Origin: Candidatus Eiseniibacteriota bacterium
GTDB taxonomy: Bacteria > Eisenbacteria > RBG-16-71-46
DNA length: 64,000 nt
Reading direction: 5' to 3'
Assembly (NCBI GenBank): GCA_963717935.1
Contig: CAVQXP010000002.1
Location: forward strand, 32,001-96,000
Below, in pieces: positions 21,012 to 31,160 of the stretch; position 1 is the first letter of the stretch; each line of letters opens with the position of its first letter. A model generated the notes under the pieces. It was given only the letters and a program-made list of their open reading frames with translations. It did no database searches and was not told the origin of the DNA. The position numbers were made by a program, and so were the translations under genes.

Positions 21012-22556
21012 ATGGCCGCCGAGTACCGCTTCCCGCCGCTCGTGGATCTCGAGGACGACACACCGCGACGCGCGATCGTGACACGCGACGCGGCCGAGGA
21101 GCGCGCCTTCCTCGATCACCTGCGCCGCGGCGTGGTCGGCGCGGACGCGACGTTCCGCACGCCGGAGGGGGAGAAGCCGCTCCTCTATTTCGACTACATC
21201 GCCTCGGGCCGCTTCCATCGCGCCGTCGAGGACGAGCTGGCCGGGCGCGTGCTGCCCTTCATGGCCAACACGCACACCGATTCCTCGTACACCGGGCGGC
21301 TCATGACGCGCTATTACGAGGACGCGTTCCGCCGCATCGGGCGCTACCTGAACGCGGGGCCCGACGACGTCATCATCCCGGTGGGTGCGGGCTCGACCGG
21401 CGCCGTGAACCGGCTCATCGCCATCCTGGGCCTGCGGATCCCCTGCCAGCTCGAGGACCGCTACCGGCTCTCGAGCAGGATCCCCGCCGGGGAGCGCCCG
21501 GTGGTGTTCCGCAGCCACATGGAACACCACAGCAACGACATCACCTGGCGCGAGACCATCGCCGAGACGGTCTACGTGGACTTCGACGCGCACGGGCGCG
21601 TGAGCCTCGAGCACCTGGACCTGCTGCTCGAGACCTACGCGGACCGGGCGCTCAAGATCGGCACCTTCTCGGCCGCCTCGAACGTCACGGGGATCCTCAA
21701 CGAGACCGGCGCGATCGCGCGGGTGCTGCACGCGCACGGGGCGCTGGCCTTCTTCGACTACGCCGCCTCGGGCCCCTACGTGGACATCGACCTGCATCCC
21801 GCGGGGGCCGACGGCCGCCCCGACGAGGCGGCCGCCAAGGACGTCGCGTTCTTCTCGGTCCACAAGTTCCTGGGCGGACCGCGCACGCCGGGGCTGCTGG
21901 TCGCGAACCGGCGGCTGTTCACGAACCGCGTGCCCGCGGAGCCCGGCGGCGGCACCGTGCTCTACACCTCGCCGACCGAGCACGTCTACCTGCCCGACTT
22001 CTTCCACCGCGAGACCGGCGGCACGCCGCCCATCGTGGGCAGCATCCAGGCCGGACTGTGCTTCGACCTCAAGCACGCGATCGGCTCCGAGCGCATGCGG
22101 CGGATCGAGCAGGACTACCTGCGGCGCGCGCTGGCCGAGTGGACGAGGAACCCCGGGCTCGAGGTGCTGGGCAACCCGGAGCCCGAACGGCTGGGCGTGG
22201 TCTCGCTCATCTTCAAGGGCGTGCACCACAACCTGGCCTCGGCCCTGCTCAACGACTTCTTCGGCATCCAGGTCCGAGGCGGCTGCATGTGCGCCGGGCC
22301 CTACGGCCACGAACTGCTGCACATCGACCAGGGCATCTCGCTCGCGATCAAGCACGAGCTCGAAGAGGGGCACATCGGTGTGAAGCCCGGCTGGGTGCGC
22401 ATCTGCTTCTCGCCCGTGACGGGCGAGAACGAGTTCCAGACGCTGCTCGAGGGCGTCGACTTCGTCTCGAAGCGCGGGCGCGAGTTCTACGACCGCTACA
22501 CGCTCGACGATCACACCGGCGAGTGGCGCCGCACCGGGAAGGGCGCGAAGGCGTAG
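21012..22556 (+). CDS. Aminotransferase class V PLP enzyme (cysteine desulfurase/selenocysteine lyase-like)
   Basis: ATG after GAGGTG. YFDYIASG, EHHSN, ASNVTG, FDYAA, SVHKFLGG, GGTP, RGGCMCAGPY. Confidence 0.85.
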   Translation: MAAEYRFPPLVDLEDDTPRRAIVTRDAAEERAFLDHLRRGVVGADATFRTPEGEKPLLYFDYIASGRFHRAVEDELAGRVLPFMANTHTDSSYTGRLMTRYYEDAFRRIGRYLNAGPDDVIIPVGAGSTGAVNRLIAILGLRIPCQLEDRYRLSSRIPAGERPVVFRSHMEHHSNDITWRETIAETVYVDFDAHGRVSLEHLDLLLETYADRALKIGTFSAASNVTGILNETGAIARVLHAHGALAFFDYAASGPYVDIDLHPAGADGRPDEAAAKDVAFFSVHKFLGGPRTPGLLVANRRLFTNRVPAEPGGGTVLYTSPTEHVYLPDFFHRETGGTPPIVGSIQAGLCFDLKHAIGSERMRRIEQDYLRRALAEWTRNPGLEVLGNPEPERLGVVSLIFKGVHHNLASALLNDFFGIQVRGGCMCAGPYGHELLHIDQGISLAIKHELEEGHIGVKPGWVRICFSPVTGENEFQTLLEGVDFVSKRGREFYDRYTLDDHTGEWRRTGKGAKA

Positions 22557-22873
22557 CCGAGCCCTGCGGCCCGGCCGGCGATGAAGCGCCGGTTCCGGTG
22601 GCCCCCGGGGCCTCTTCATCCCCGGGCCCCGGCGACGCCCCGGGAGGGCGACCGGTGTCCCGGGCGGGACGGCTCCGCACCCCGTGGGACATCCGAGCCT
22701 GGCCGGTTCCGGACGACGGCAGCGGTGGCCGCGCGGGAATCCCCACTCTTTCGGGCCCGTCTTTCGCGGAATGCAGCGAATGCGGGGACGAATGGCCCTG
22801 GTGGTGCACGTTTCGCCATCCGTGCGGGCCTCGATGCCGGCGTCCGGTGACCCGCCGCCGTTCCGATGACCTC

Positions 22874-22889
22874 TGGCATGCCCCATGCA
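22874..22889 (+). promoter_or_regulatory. Putative sigma54 -24/-12 promoter (copy 1)
   Basis: TGGCATGCCCCATGCA has GG-N10-GC spacing and is conserved in copy 2. Confidence 0.65.
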
Positions 22890-22963
22890 ATTGACGGCCG
22901 GGTGACCTGGCGTGGACCAGGGGACACCGGAAGTCTCACGCATCATCTCGAGGAGGTCCGCAG

Positions 22964-23425
22964 ATGAAGAAGCACAGCTTGCTCGTCATCGTGGCAGTGC
23001 TGCTCGCTCTCGCCGCGGGTTCCGCGTACGCCGCGCCCCACGGGCCGGGCGACAATGGCCTGGGATACACGGTCGGGGGGATCTTCGAGTCGGCGCCCGA
23101 TGCTGACGGGGACGGCATCCCCAACGGGCAGGATCTCGATTACCAGCCGCCCCTGGACGGCAGCGGCTCGCAGTTCGGTCCGCGGGTGAGCGCGTTCGAC
23201 AGCCCCGGGCTGGAGACGCCGATTCGCTCGAACTACTGGTTCCGCTACATGTGGATGGGTGGACTCGGCCCCTTCATGAACGGCCTGTTGGGCAACAGCT
23301 ACGGTCCCGGCGACGGCACGGGCTTCAACGGCGACGGACCGGGCGACGGCACCGGCTACGGCCCCGGCGACGCCATGGGCGAGTGCGACGGCACGCTCGT
23401 TCGCGAGAGATTCCAGCGGCCGTAG
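22964..23425 (+). CDS. Small secreted Gly/Asp-rich protein with a DxDGDG motif and GPGDGTG repeats (paralog 1)
   Basis: GAGGAGG RBS. Sec signal MKK...AYA; DADGDGIPNGQD; repeated GPGDGTG. Confidence 0.85.
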   Translation: MKKHSLLVIVAVLLALAAGSAYAAPHGPGDNGLGYTVGGIFESAPDADGDGIPNGQDLDYQPPLDGSGSQFGPRVSAFDSPGLETPIRSNYWFRYMWMGGLGPFMNGLLGNSYGPGDGTGFNGDGPGDGTGYGPGDAMGECDGTLVRERFQRP

Positions 23426-23849
23426 CAGCAGGCATCGCAGCAACCGGTCCCGGACGCGGCCGGGGTCCTCGTGACCCGGCCGCGTTCTTCATGGCGCGGG
23501 GTTCATCCCGGCCGGAGGAAGAGGAGCGCGGGATCGTTCGGGCTCGACCCGACGGCATCGTCCCCTCGAGGTGCGGCCGCGAATCCCACGACCGTCACAT
23601 GCTCGACGATCACATCGGTGGGCAGGTGCCGGTGTCCCGGGCGGGACGGCCCCGTACCCCGCGGGACATCCGAGCCTGGACGGTTCCGGGCGACGGCAGC
23701 GGCGCTCGCGCAGGAATCCCCAGTTTCCGCGCCCATCCTGTGCAGAACGCGGCGGACGCAGGGACGAATTGCCCCGGTGACGCACGTTTCGCCGTCCGTG
23801 CGGGTCTCGATGTCAGCGTCCGCTGACCCACCGCCATTCCGATGACTTC

Positions 23850-23865
23850 TGGCATGCCGCGTGCA
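23850..23865 (+). promoter_or_regulatory. Putative sigma54 -24/-12 promoter (copy 2)
   Basis: TGGCATGCCGCGTGCA, GG-N10-GC. Confidence 0.6.
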
Positions 23866-23938
23866 GCCACAGCCGGGCGCCCTGGTGTGGTCCAGGGGAG
23901 ACCGGATGTCTTACGCATCATCTCGAGGAGGTCCACAG

Positions 23939-24388
23939 ATGAAGAAGTCCAGCTCGGTCGTCATCCTGGCAGTGCTGCTCGCTCTGGCCGCAGGTTCCGC
24001 GCACGCTGCGCCCTACGCGACGGGCGACGATGGCCTGGGATACATGATCGGAGGGGATTGCGACTCGGCGCCCGACGCCGATGGTGACGGCATCCCCAAC
24101 GGGCAGGATTCCGATTACCTGCCGCCCCTGGATGGCTCCGGCTCGCAGTTCGGCACGCTCAGCGCGGTCGCGCTGGATACGCCGATTCGTTCGCACCACT
24201 GGTTCCGCTACATGTGGATGGGTGGACTCGGGCCCATGGTGAGCACCCTGTTGAGCACCGGTTACGGACCCGGCGACGGCTTGGGCTTCGACGGCGACGG
24301 GCCGGCCGACGGCACCGGCTACGGGCCCGGCGACTGCACGGGCGACTGCGACGGCACGTTCGACCGCGACCGGCTTCACTGGCAGTAG
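23939..24388 (+). CDS. Small secreted Gly/Asp-rich protein (paralog 2)
   Basis: GAGGAGG RBS. MKK...AHA signal; DADGDGIPNGQD; WFRYMWMGGLGP identical to paralog 1. Confidence 0.85.
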   Translation: MKKSSSVVILAVLLALAAGSAHAAPYATGDDGLGYMIGGDCDSAPDADGDGIPNGQDSDYLPPLDGSGSQFGTLSAVALDTPIRSHHWFRYMWMGGLGPMVSTLLSTGYGPGDGLGFDGDGPADGTGYGPGDCTGDCDGTFDRDRLHWQ

Positions 24389-24517
24389 CAGCGAACATCG
24401 TACCGACCGCTTCCAAGCGCGGCCGGGTCCTCGTGACCCGGCCGCGTCCTTCATGGCACAGGGCTCACCCCGGGAGTGAGCCCCGTCCCCCGGGGCCGCC
24501 GGGCCCGGGCCGGCCGT

Positions 24518-24955
24518 TCAGGCCAGCAGCTTCTGCGTCCGCCCGAACAAGGCGTAGCGCCCGGGGCCGGTGAGCAGCAGGACGACGGCGACGACGGCGA
24601 GCAGCAGGGCGTACTCGTAGCCCTGGCCGCGGCCTCCGGCAGCGCCCCCGTTCATGAAGAACCCGCTCGCCCAGTGCAGCTTGACGATGGCGACCACCAT
24701 CGCGACGGCGAAGCCCAGCGCGGCGAGGCGGCTCAGCACGCCGAAGGCGATGGCGATGCCGCCGAAGAACTCGACGGCGATCACGAGCCAGGCCATCGAG
24801 GCCGGCAGGCCGAGCGTGCCGACCAGGCGCACGAACCCCTGCGGTCCGTGGCCGCCGAAGAGCCCGAGGAGCTTCTGCGCCCCGTGCGCCCACATGATGG
24901 CGCCCAGCGCCAGCCGGAGAAGGAGCAGCGCGAGATCGTTGAAGCTCGACTTCAT
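24518..24955 (-). CDS. DoxX family membrane protein
   Basis: LLLRLALG..MWAHGAQKL, EFFGG, GYEY, GPGRYAL. Confidence 0.9.
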   Translation of the reverse strand: MKSSFNDLALLLLRLALGAIMWAHGAQKLLGLFGGHGPQGFVRLVGTLGLPASMAWLVIAVEFFGGIAIAFGVLSRLAALGFAVAMVVAIVKLHWASGFFMNGGAAGGRGQGYEYALLLAVVAVVLLLTGPGRYALFGRTQKLLA

Positions 24956-25116
24956 GGCATCGTCCCCCCAGGGTCCGTCCTCAGGTCGCGAGTCGCGAAA
25001 CGCCGCGCAGGATAGCACCGCCCGGCAGGTTGCCGGAACGCACGCTGCGTGCTATCGCTTCCGCGGTGCGTCGGCCGTCGGCGCCACGGAGCCACTTCCT
25101 GCCAGCGAGGGTCCCG

Positions 25117-25731
25117 ATGTTCTCCCTCTTCCCCAAGGACGAGAACTTCTTCGAGTTGTTCCGGCGCCAGGCGGTGCTCGTGCGCGCGGGCAGCGACCAA
25201 CTGGACGAGATGGTGCAGAAGTTCGACCGGCTCGAGGAGCGCTCCCGGGCCCTCAAGGACATCGAGCACCAGGGCGATCTGATCGCGCACGAGCTGTTCG
25301 AGCGCCTGAACCGCACCTTCATCACCCCGCTCGACCGTGAGGACATCCACGGCCTGGCGAGCGGCCTCGACGACGTGCTGGACGCGGTCGAGGCGATCGC
25401 CAGCCGCATCGTGCTCTTCAAGATCACGAACACGACGCCCCAGGCCCAGCAGCTCACGCGGATCGTGGCCGAGTGCGGGGTGCAGATCGAGCAGGCGGTC
25501 GGGCACCTCAAGGACTTCAAGGGTCTGATGTCCTTCACGATCGAGATCAACCGGCTGGAGAACGAGGCCGACGGGCTCTCGCGCCAGGCCGTGGCGGACC
25601 TCTTCAACGGCCAGCACGACTTCCTCGACGTGATCCGCTGGAAGGAGATCTACGGTCGTCTCGAGAACGCCACGGACCAGTGCGAGGACGTGGCCAACGT
25701 GATCGAGTCCATCGTCCTCAAGAGCCGCTGA
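25117..25731 (+). CDS. DUF47/PhoU-like phosphate transport regulator
   Basis: EHQGD, TFITPLDREDI, ENEAD, WKEIY..LE.ATD.CEDVAN; lies directly upstream of pit. Confidence 0.9.
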   Translation: MFSLFPKDENFFELFRRQAVLVRAGSDQLDEMVQKFDRLEERSRALKDIEHQGDLIAHELFERLNRTFITPLDREDIHGLASGLDDVLDAVEAIASRIVLFKITNTTPQAQQLTRIVAECGVQIEQAVGHLKDFKGLMSFTIEINRLENEADGLSRQAVADLFNGQHDFLDVIRWKEIYGRLENATDQCEDVANVIESIVLKSR

Positions 25732-25733
25732 GC

Positions 25734-26741
25734 ATGGACCTGCCGCTGAGCGTGATCGCGATCATCCTGATCGCGCTGGCCTTCGACTTCAGCAACGGCT
25801 TCCACGACGCCGCCAACTCCATCGCCACCGTGGTGAGCACCCGCGTGCTGTCGCCGCGCCTGGCCGTGATGTGGGCGGCGTTCTTCAACTTTGCAGCATT
25901 CCTGGTCTTCGGGGTCCACGTCGCGAAGACCATCGGCAAGGGGGTGGTGGACCCCGCGATCGTGACCCCGCCCATCATCCTGGCCGCGGTGCTGGGGGCG
26001 CTGTTCTGGAACCTCATCACCTGGTGGATCGGTCTGCCGACGTCCTCCTCCCACGCGCTCATCGGGGGGCTGGCGGGCGCGGCGCTGGTCTCGTCGGGTC
26101 CGCAGTCGGTGATGGTCGGGGGGCTGATCAAGATCGCCCAGTTCATCGTGCTCGCGCCGCTGATCGGGCTGGTGGCCGGCTTCGGGATCATGGTGGCCGT
26201 GATGTGGGGGTTCCGGCGGGCCACGCCGCGCGGGGTGGACGGGCTGTTCCGGCGCCTGCAGCTCGTCTCGGCCGCGGCCTACAGCCTGGGGCACGGGGGC
26301 AACGACGCGCAGAAGACCATGGGCATCATCACCGCCCTGCTCTACTCGACCGGGCAGCTCCACGGCGAGTTCCACGTGCCGCTGTGGGTGGTGCTCATCA
26401 GCCACGGGGCGATCGCCGCGGGCACGATGTTCGGCGGCTGGCGGATCGTGAAGACCATGGGCATGAACATCACCAAGCTGAAGCCGGTGGGCGGCTTCTG
26501 CGCCGAGACCGCGGGGGCGCTCACCCTGTTCGGCGCGACCGCGGCGGGGATCCCGGTCTCCACCACCCACACCATCACCGGCGCGATCGTCGGCGTGGGG
26601 GTCAGCTCCACCGGACGCCTCTCCGCCGTGAAGTGGGGCGTGGCCGGGCGCATCGTCTGGGCCTGGGTCCTGACCATGCCGGCGGCGGCGCTCATCGCGG
26701 CCGCCGCCTGGTTCGTCGCGCACGCGCTCGGGATGAGGTAG
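25734..26741 (+). CDS. pitA: Inorganic phosphate transporter (PiT family)
   Basis: NGFHDAANSIAT, GLPTSSSHALIGG, GHGGNDAQK, PVSTTH. Confidence 0.92.
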   Translation: MDLPLSVIAIILIALAFDFSNGFHDAANSIATVVSTRVLSPRLAVMWAAFFNFAAFLVFGVHVAKTIGKGVVDPAIVTPPIILAAVLGALFWNLITWWIGLPTSSSHALIGGLAGAALVSSGPQSVMVGGLIKIAQFIVLAPLIGLVAGFGIMVAVMWGFRRATPRGVDGLFRRLQLVSAAAYSLGHGGNDAQKTMGIITALLYSTGQLHGEFHVPLWVVLISHGAIAAGTMFGGWRIVKTMGMNITKLKPVGGFCAETAGALTLFGATAAGIPVSTTHTITGAIVGVGVSSTGRLSAVKWGVAGRIVWAWVLTMPAAALIAAAAWFVAHALGMR

Positions 26742-26766
26742 CCGCCCGCCCTGCCCGGATCGCGGG

Positions 26767-26792
26767 CGGCCCGCCTCGTGCGAGGCGGGCCG
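26767..26792. terminator. GC-rich hairpin between convergent genes
   Basis: CGGCCCGCCTCG-TG-CGAGGCGGGCCG. Confidence 0.5.
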
Positions 26793-26826
26793 TCGTCGTG
26801 CCGTGCCGATCGTGCCGTGGCGGGGC

Positions 26827-27729
26827 TCACCGCTTCGGGGGCTTGGCGAAGCCCAGTTCGCCGCGCTCGCGGTCCCGCAGCCGGTCTCCGTCCAGAGCGA
26901 TGCCCAGCGCCCGCAGGCTCGAAGCGTACTCGTAACGGAAGACCAGGTGGTCGCCCGGCGTCGCGGCGGCCACGAACGAGGTCTCGCGCACCGGGTCCCG
27001 CCGCCGCTCGCCCCAGCCCGTGCCGGGGTAGGCGTCGCTCTGCGGAGCACCGGCCAGGTCCCTGGCGAGGGACTCCTCCGCCGTGCGTGGCGCGTTCGCC
27101 TCTCCCTTCCGCATCCGGTCGGCGCCGGGCGCGGGGGCCTCGGTCGCCTGGGGCTTCGCGTCGCCGAGCAGACGCTTGATCTCGCCCCGGCCGAACCGCG
27201 CCACGGGGTGGCGCTCCTCGAAGGCCAGCACGCGGATCCAGCCCATGTCGCCGTTCGCCTGCCCGGTGCGCTCGGCGTAGGAGCGCTCCTCGTCCACGAA
27301 GACGAACTGCCGCACCTGCTCGAGCGAGGTGCGCCAGCCGCGGATGGTGGCCGTCTCCCACGGGCCGAGCACGTACATGGATTCGTTGCGCCGCAGGCTC
27401 GAGCGCTCGCCGTTCACGACGTTCAGTCCGTCCACCGAGATGAGCACGCCCACGCGCCGGCCGGTGCGGTTGTGGACGCGCAGTGCGTAGTTCCGGCCGC
27501 GCAGCGCCTGGAAGTAGCGGCGGTCCCAGCGGCCCGGGGCGAAGTAGAGCGGCGCGCTACGGCCCTCGACCAGCACCTGCACGTCCACCAGGTTGCCGTT
27601 CGCCGCGCGGTCCCAGCGGCTGCCGTCGGAGTCATCGTAGCGGGTGGCGCGGGCCGGAGCGGGGCTCAGCACGAGGGCGAGCACGGCGCAGGCCGCGAGA
27701 CTGCGGATCAGGTTCCAGTGGGTGTGCAT
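26827..27729 (-). CDS. Conserved hypothetical secreted protein
   Basis: GGAGGAG RBS; signal peptide ending ARA. Core Y.LRVHN.TGRRVGV.ISVDGLNV..G...YVL...IRGWRTS...FVF...SYAERTG. Confidence 0.75.
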   Translation of the reverse strand: MHTHWNLIRSLAACAVLALVLSPAPARATRYDDSDGSRWDRAANGNLVDVQVLVEGRSAPLYFAPGRWDRRYFQALRGRNYALRVHNRTGRRVGVLISVDGLNVVNGERSSLRRNESMYVLGPWETATIRGWRTSLEQVRQFVFVDEERSYAERTGQANGDMGWIRVLAFEERHPVARFGRGEIKRLLGDAKPQATEAPAPGADRMRKGEANAPRTAEESLARDLAGAPQSDAYPGTGWGERRRDPVRETSFVAAATPGDHLVFRYEYASSLRALGIALDGDRLRDRERGELGFAKPPKR

Positions 27730-28066
27730 GGCGCTCCTCCTCGGTGGTGGGTCGTTGTGCTCCTGCGCTTCCTGCACCGGGTACGCCGGGGGAGGAGGCG
27801 TATTCCCGGGGGGCGGGGCGGAGTCACGGCAGTGCGCCTTGCACGGTCCCCGGAACCCGTTCGGCGGCACGTACCTGAGTCCGGTCGGTCGGGCTGGTCC
27901 CAAGGGATGAGCCCGGGAGCGCGTGCAGGGCTGGACCGGCCGCGGACGCGGCTGATAGCATTAGAGGCAACCACGGGCTTCCCACTGATCTTCAGAGGAC
28001 GGCCGACGAAGCCCGGGACTCTCTCCGGTGCGCCCCCTCGGTGTCTCCGGAACCTGTGGAGAACCG

Positions 28067-30193
28067 ATGCCCCCGACACGACTCTCCGGCCCGGCGTGCA
28101 TCGCCGTAGCCTGTGCTCTCGCCTTCTGCTCCGCAGCGCCCACCCCGGCCGGCGCCGTGATCCCCAACGGCCGCCTGCAGATCATCCATCTGGACGTCGG
28201 GCAGGGCGATGGCGCCGTCATCATCTCCCCGCTGGGTGAGGTGGCGATGATCGACAACGGCGTTTACACCAATCCGACGCCCGCCTGCGGGGTGAAGGTG
28301 CTCGCCCAGCTCCAGGCGCTGGGCGTGACGCACGTGGACCACCACTTCGCCAGCCACTACCACTCGGACCACATCGGGCTCATGCCCACGATCTTCGGCA
28401 CCGGTGGCGTGACGCTCGACTATGGCTGGGACCGGGGCGGGTCCTACACGACCGCCACGTACACGAACTACGTGAACACGCTGGGTGCGAGGCGTCGCAC
28501 GATGGTCAAGGACCAGATCGTCACGCTCGATTCGCTCTCGGCGCATCCGGTCACGATCAAGTGCGTGAATCTGAACGGCGCGGGGGTCTCGACGACCGAC
28601 GAGAACACGCTGAGCATGGTGCTCAAGATCAGCTACGGTGAGTTCGACGCCGTGTTCGGCGGCGACATCGGCGGCTACAATTCCGGCGACTACAGGGACA
28701 TCGAGAGCATCGTCGGGCCGCAGGTCGGGCCGGTCGAGGTCCTCAAGGTGCACCACCACGGCTCGGCGACCTCCACCAACCCGACCTGGCTCAGCACCAT
28801 CCAGCCCAAGATCGGGGTGATCTCCGTGGGCAACAACTCCTACGGCCATCCGACCGCGGCGGCACTGGGACGCCTGCACACCGCTCTGGTCAAGACCTAC
28901 TGGACCGAGCTCGGGGACGGCGTCGCGCCCCTGGCCGGATGGGACAAGGTCTCCAACAACCAGGTCATCATCTCCGCGACCTGGCAACCGGCCGGCGTGG
29001 ACACCGTGCGCGGCACGGGCTTCGCGGACACCTTCACGAACTCCGGCACCGCGCTCGACGTCACGGCCCCGGCGGTGGCGGTGACCTCGCCCGACGGCGG
29101 CGAGGTCTGGAAGGTGGGCTCGACGCACGCGGTCACCTGGAGCGCCACGGACGCCGTGGGGGTGACGAGCGTGGACCTGGCCTACTCGACCGACGGCGGG
29201 GCCACCTTCCCCAACGCCATCGCCACCGGCATCGCCAACAGCGGTTCGTGGTGGTGGACCGTGCCCAACACGCCGACCGCCGCCGCGCGCGTGCGGGTCC
29301 TCGCCCGTGACGCCGCGGGCAACCTGGGCCGCGACTCGAGCGCGGCGAACTTCACGCTCGACCGCTGGAGCATCGTGGCCTCCGCGGGCGCGGGCGGGAG
29401 CGTCACGCCGGCCGGCACCGTGTACGTGGTCGAGGGCGCGAGCCAGGGCTTCAGCATCGCCCCGGTCGTCGGCTACCAGATCGCCGACGTGCGGGTGGAC
29501 GCGGTCTCGGTGGGCGCGGTCGCGAGCTACACCTTCAGCAACGTCGTGGCGAACCACACCCTTGCCGCCACGTTCGCGGACGCCTCGGCGCCCACGGTGT
29601 TCCTGACCTCGCCGGTCGGTGGCGAAACCTGGGAGCTGGGCGCGCTGTACACCATCCGCTGGACCGCGAGCGACAACACCGGGGTGGACTCGGTGGACGT
29701 GGACTACTCGGTGACCGGGCTGGCGGGCCCGTGGCTGCCGATCGCGCACGGGCTCGACAACTCGGGCTCCTACGCCTGGACCGTGACGGGCCCGGCGAGC
29801 GACAGCGCACTGGTGCGGGTGACGGCGTACGACGCGGAGCGGAACGCCGGGAACGCGGCGAGCGACAGCCTGTTCCACCTCGTCGATTCGACGGCCGGCG
29901 TGTGGGGGGGTGGCCCGGGGATGCTGGCGCTCGCGCGTCCGCAGCCGAACCCCAGCCAGGGCACGACGCTGCTGCGCTTCTCGCTGCCGGCGATGGGGCA
30001 CGCGCGGCTGGAGATCGTGGACATCTCCGGGCGGCGCCTGGGGATCTTCGAGGGTGAGTTCTCCGCCGGTCCGCAGACGTGGCGCTGGGATGGGCGCAGC
30101 CTGGACGGCGAGGCCTCGGGAGCCGGGCTCTACTTCGTGCGCCTGGTCACGCCCTGGGGCAACCGCACCGAGCGGCTCGTGCGGCTGCGGTAG
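28067..30193 (+). CDS. Secreted ComEC/Rec2-like metallo-beta-lactamase-fold hydrolase with Ig-like repeats and a C-terminal FlgD/CTD-like domain
   Basis: Signal peptide. [37 protein letters not shown]. Two TSP.GGE.W Ig-like modules; PNP...WDG...GLYFVRL tail. Confidence 0.85.
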   Translation: MPPTRLSGPACIAVACALAFCSAAPTPAGAVIPNGRLQIIHLDVGQGDGAVIISPLGEVAMIDNGVYTNPTPACGVKVLAQLQALGVTHVDHHFASHYHSDHIGLMPTIFGTGGVTLDYGWDRGGSYTTATYTNYVNTLGARRRTMVKDQIVTLDSLSAHPVTIKCVNLNGAGVSTTDENTLSMVLKISYGEFDAVFGGDIGGYNSGDYRDIESIVGPQVGPVEVLKVHHHGSATSTNPTWLSTIQPKIGVISVGNNSYGHPTAAALGRLHTALVKTYWTELGDGVAPLAGWDKVSNNQVIISATWQPAGVDTVRGTGFADTFTNSGTALDVTAPAVAVTSPDGGEVWKVGSTHAVTWSATDAVGVTSVDLAYSTDGGATFPNAIATGIANSGSWWWTVPNTPTAAARVRVLARDAAGNLGRDSSAANFTLDRWSIVASAGAGGSVTPAGTVYVVEGASQGFSIAPVVGYQIADVRVDAVSVGAVASYTFSNVVANHTLAATFADASAPTVFLTSPVGGETWELGALYTIRWTASDNTGVDSVDVDYSVTGLAGPWLPIAHGLDNSGSYAWTVTGPASDSALVRVTAYDAERNAGNAASDSLFHLVDSTAGVWGGGPGMLALARPQPNPSQGTTLLRFSLPAMGHARLEIVDISGRRLGIFEGEFSAGPQTWRWDGRSLDGEASGAGLYFVRLVTPWGNRTERLVRLR

Positions 30194-30248
30194 TACGCGG
30201 CGGGCGGCGCGCTGGCAGGACCGGCGCGCCGCCTGCTAGCCTGCGGAC

Positions 30249-31160
30249 ATGGTTCGGGTCGCGACCGTGCTCCCAGCCGCCCTGGCCGTGGCGGCCAGTC
30301 TCGCCGGCCTCCCCGCGCAGGCCCAGGTCCACTCCGAGTTTCCCGCGCTGACGCGGCCGTTCACCTGCGAGTCCTTCTCCACGCAGCCGGACGACCTGCG
30401 CGCCCGGCTGGCGGACCGCGGGTTCACCGTGGAGGCCGCGGCACTGAGGCTCTCGCGGGGCGGGCGCTGCGGAGGCGCGAACGCGGAGGTGTCGCGCGGC
30501 GATGCGGGCGGCCGGCTCGCGCTCCAGTACCGCCACGGCCGCCACGCCGTCACCGCCGAGTTCAGCGAGGACGGTCCGCGGGGCAGCGAGCCGCGCGAGT
30601 ACCCGGTGCGCGTCGCGGGAAGCGGCGTGTGGCCCGAGGCGCGCGTCTTCGCCGCGCTCGTCGCCGGCTTCGACGCGGACGGTCACGCGGGCACGGACCT
30701 CGCTCTCGAGGCCGCGCCGCTGGTCTCGGGCCTGCCCGCGCCGAGCCGCTTCCCGGTCGACTGCCGGCCCCGCCTCGTCACCCGGGCGCGGCTGCGGCTG
30801 CCGGCGCGCGGCGGCGGCGCGAGCCTGGCACCCGCGGCCGCCGTCGTCCTCGATCACCTGCCGGGCCTGGCCTCGAGCCTCGTGCTGGCGCCCTCGGTCC
30901 AGAGCGAGTGGCGCGCGGGCGCGGCGCCGGTGAGCGTGCTGCTCGCGCAGGCGGCCTGGTCGGCCGGGCCGTGGCCGCTCGGAGGCGACGCCGGCGTCGT
31001 CCGCCGCGGCTCGCGGCGGCCTGCGCACCGGCTGGTGGGCCTGTTCCTGCACGCGGGCTACGCCTGGCCGCTCGACGAACGCTCGCCCGCCCGTTTCGTG
31101 CTCGGCGTGGGCACGGACCTCGATGTCGTCCTGAGGAGCGCATGGCCAACCTCAGGGTGA
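30249..31160 (+). CDS. Hypothetical secreted/outer-membrane protein
   Basis: Signal peptide ending AQA; TGnTAGCCT -10 element 6 nt before the ATG; overlaps the next gene. Confidence 0.55.
   Translation: MVRVATVLPAALAVAASLAGLPAQAQVHSEFPALTRPFTCESFSTQPDDLRARLADRGFTVEAAALRLSRGGRCGGANAEVSRGDAGGRLALQYRHGRHAVTAEFSEDGPRGSEPREYPVRVAGSGVWPEARVFAALVAGFDADGHAGTDLALEAAPLVSGLPAPSRFPVDCRPRLVTRARLRLPARGGGASLAPAAAVVLDHLPGLASSLVLAPSVQSEWRAGAAPVSVLLAQAAWSAGPWPLGGDAGVVRRGSRRPAHRLVGLFLHAGYAWPLDERSPARFVLGVGTDLDVVLRSAWPTSG

Larger units (their letters stand above)
22652..24473 (+). repeat. Diverged tandem duplication, period about 976 bp (copy 1 about 22652-23511, copy 2 about 23629-24473), covering upstream region, promoter, gene and terminator hairpin
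   Basis: Both copies begin CCGGTGTCCCGGGCGGGACGG, share ACGCATCATCTCGAGGAGGTCC.CAGATGAAGAAG, and end with a GCGGCCGGG..TCCTCGTGACCCGGCCGCG hairpin. Confidence 0.9.

Noticed and set aside
22964..24388. Small repeat-rich proteins as RiPP precursors for the radical SAM enzyme
   Set aside because: They are 13 kb from amrS with no adjacent maturase, protease or transporter, and AmrS has no RRE or SPASM domain. Nothing in the sequence links them.
28067..30193. Calling this gene comEC (competence)
   Set aside because: It lacks the multi-TM competence channel and OB domains; only the MBL domain is shared.
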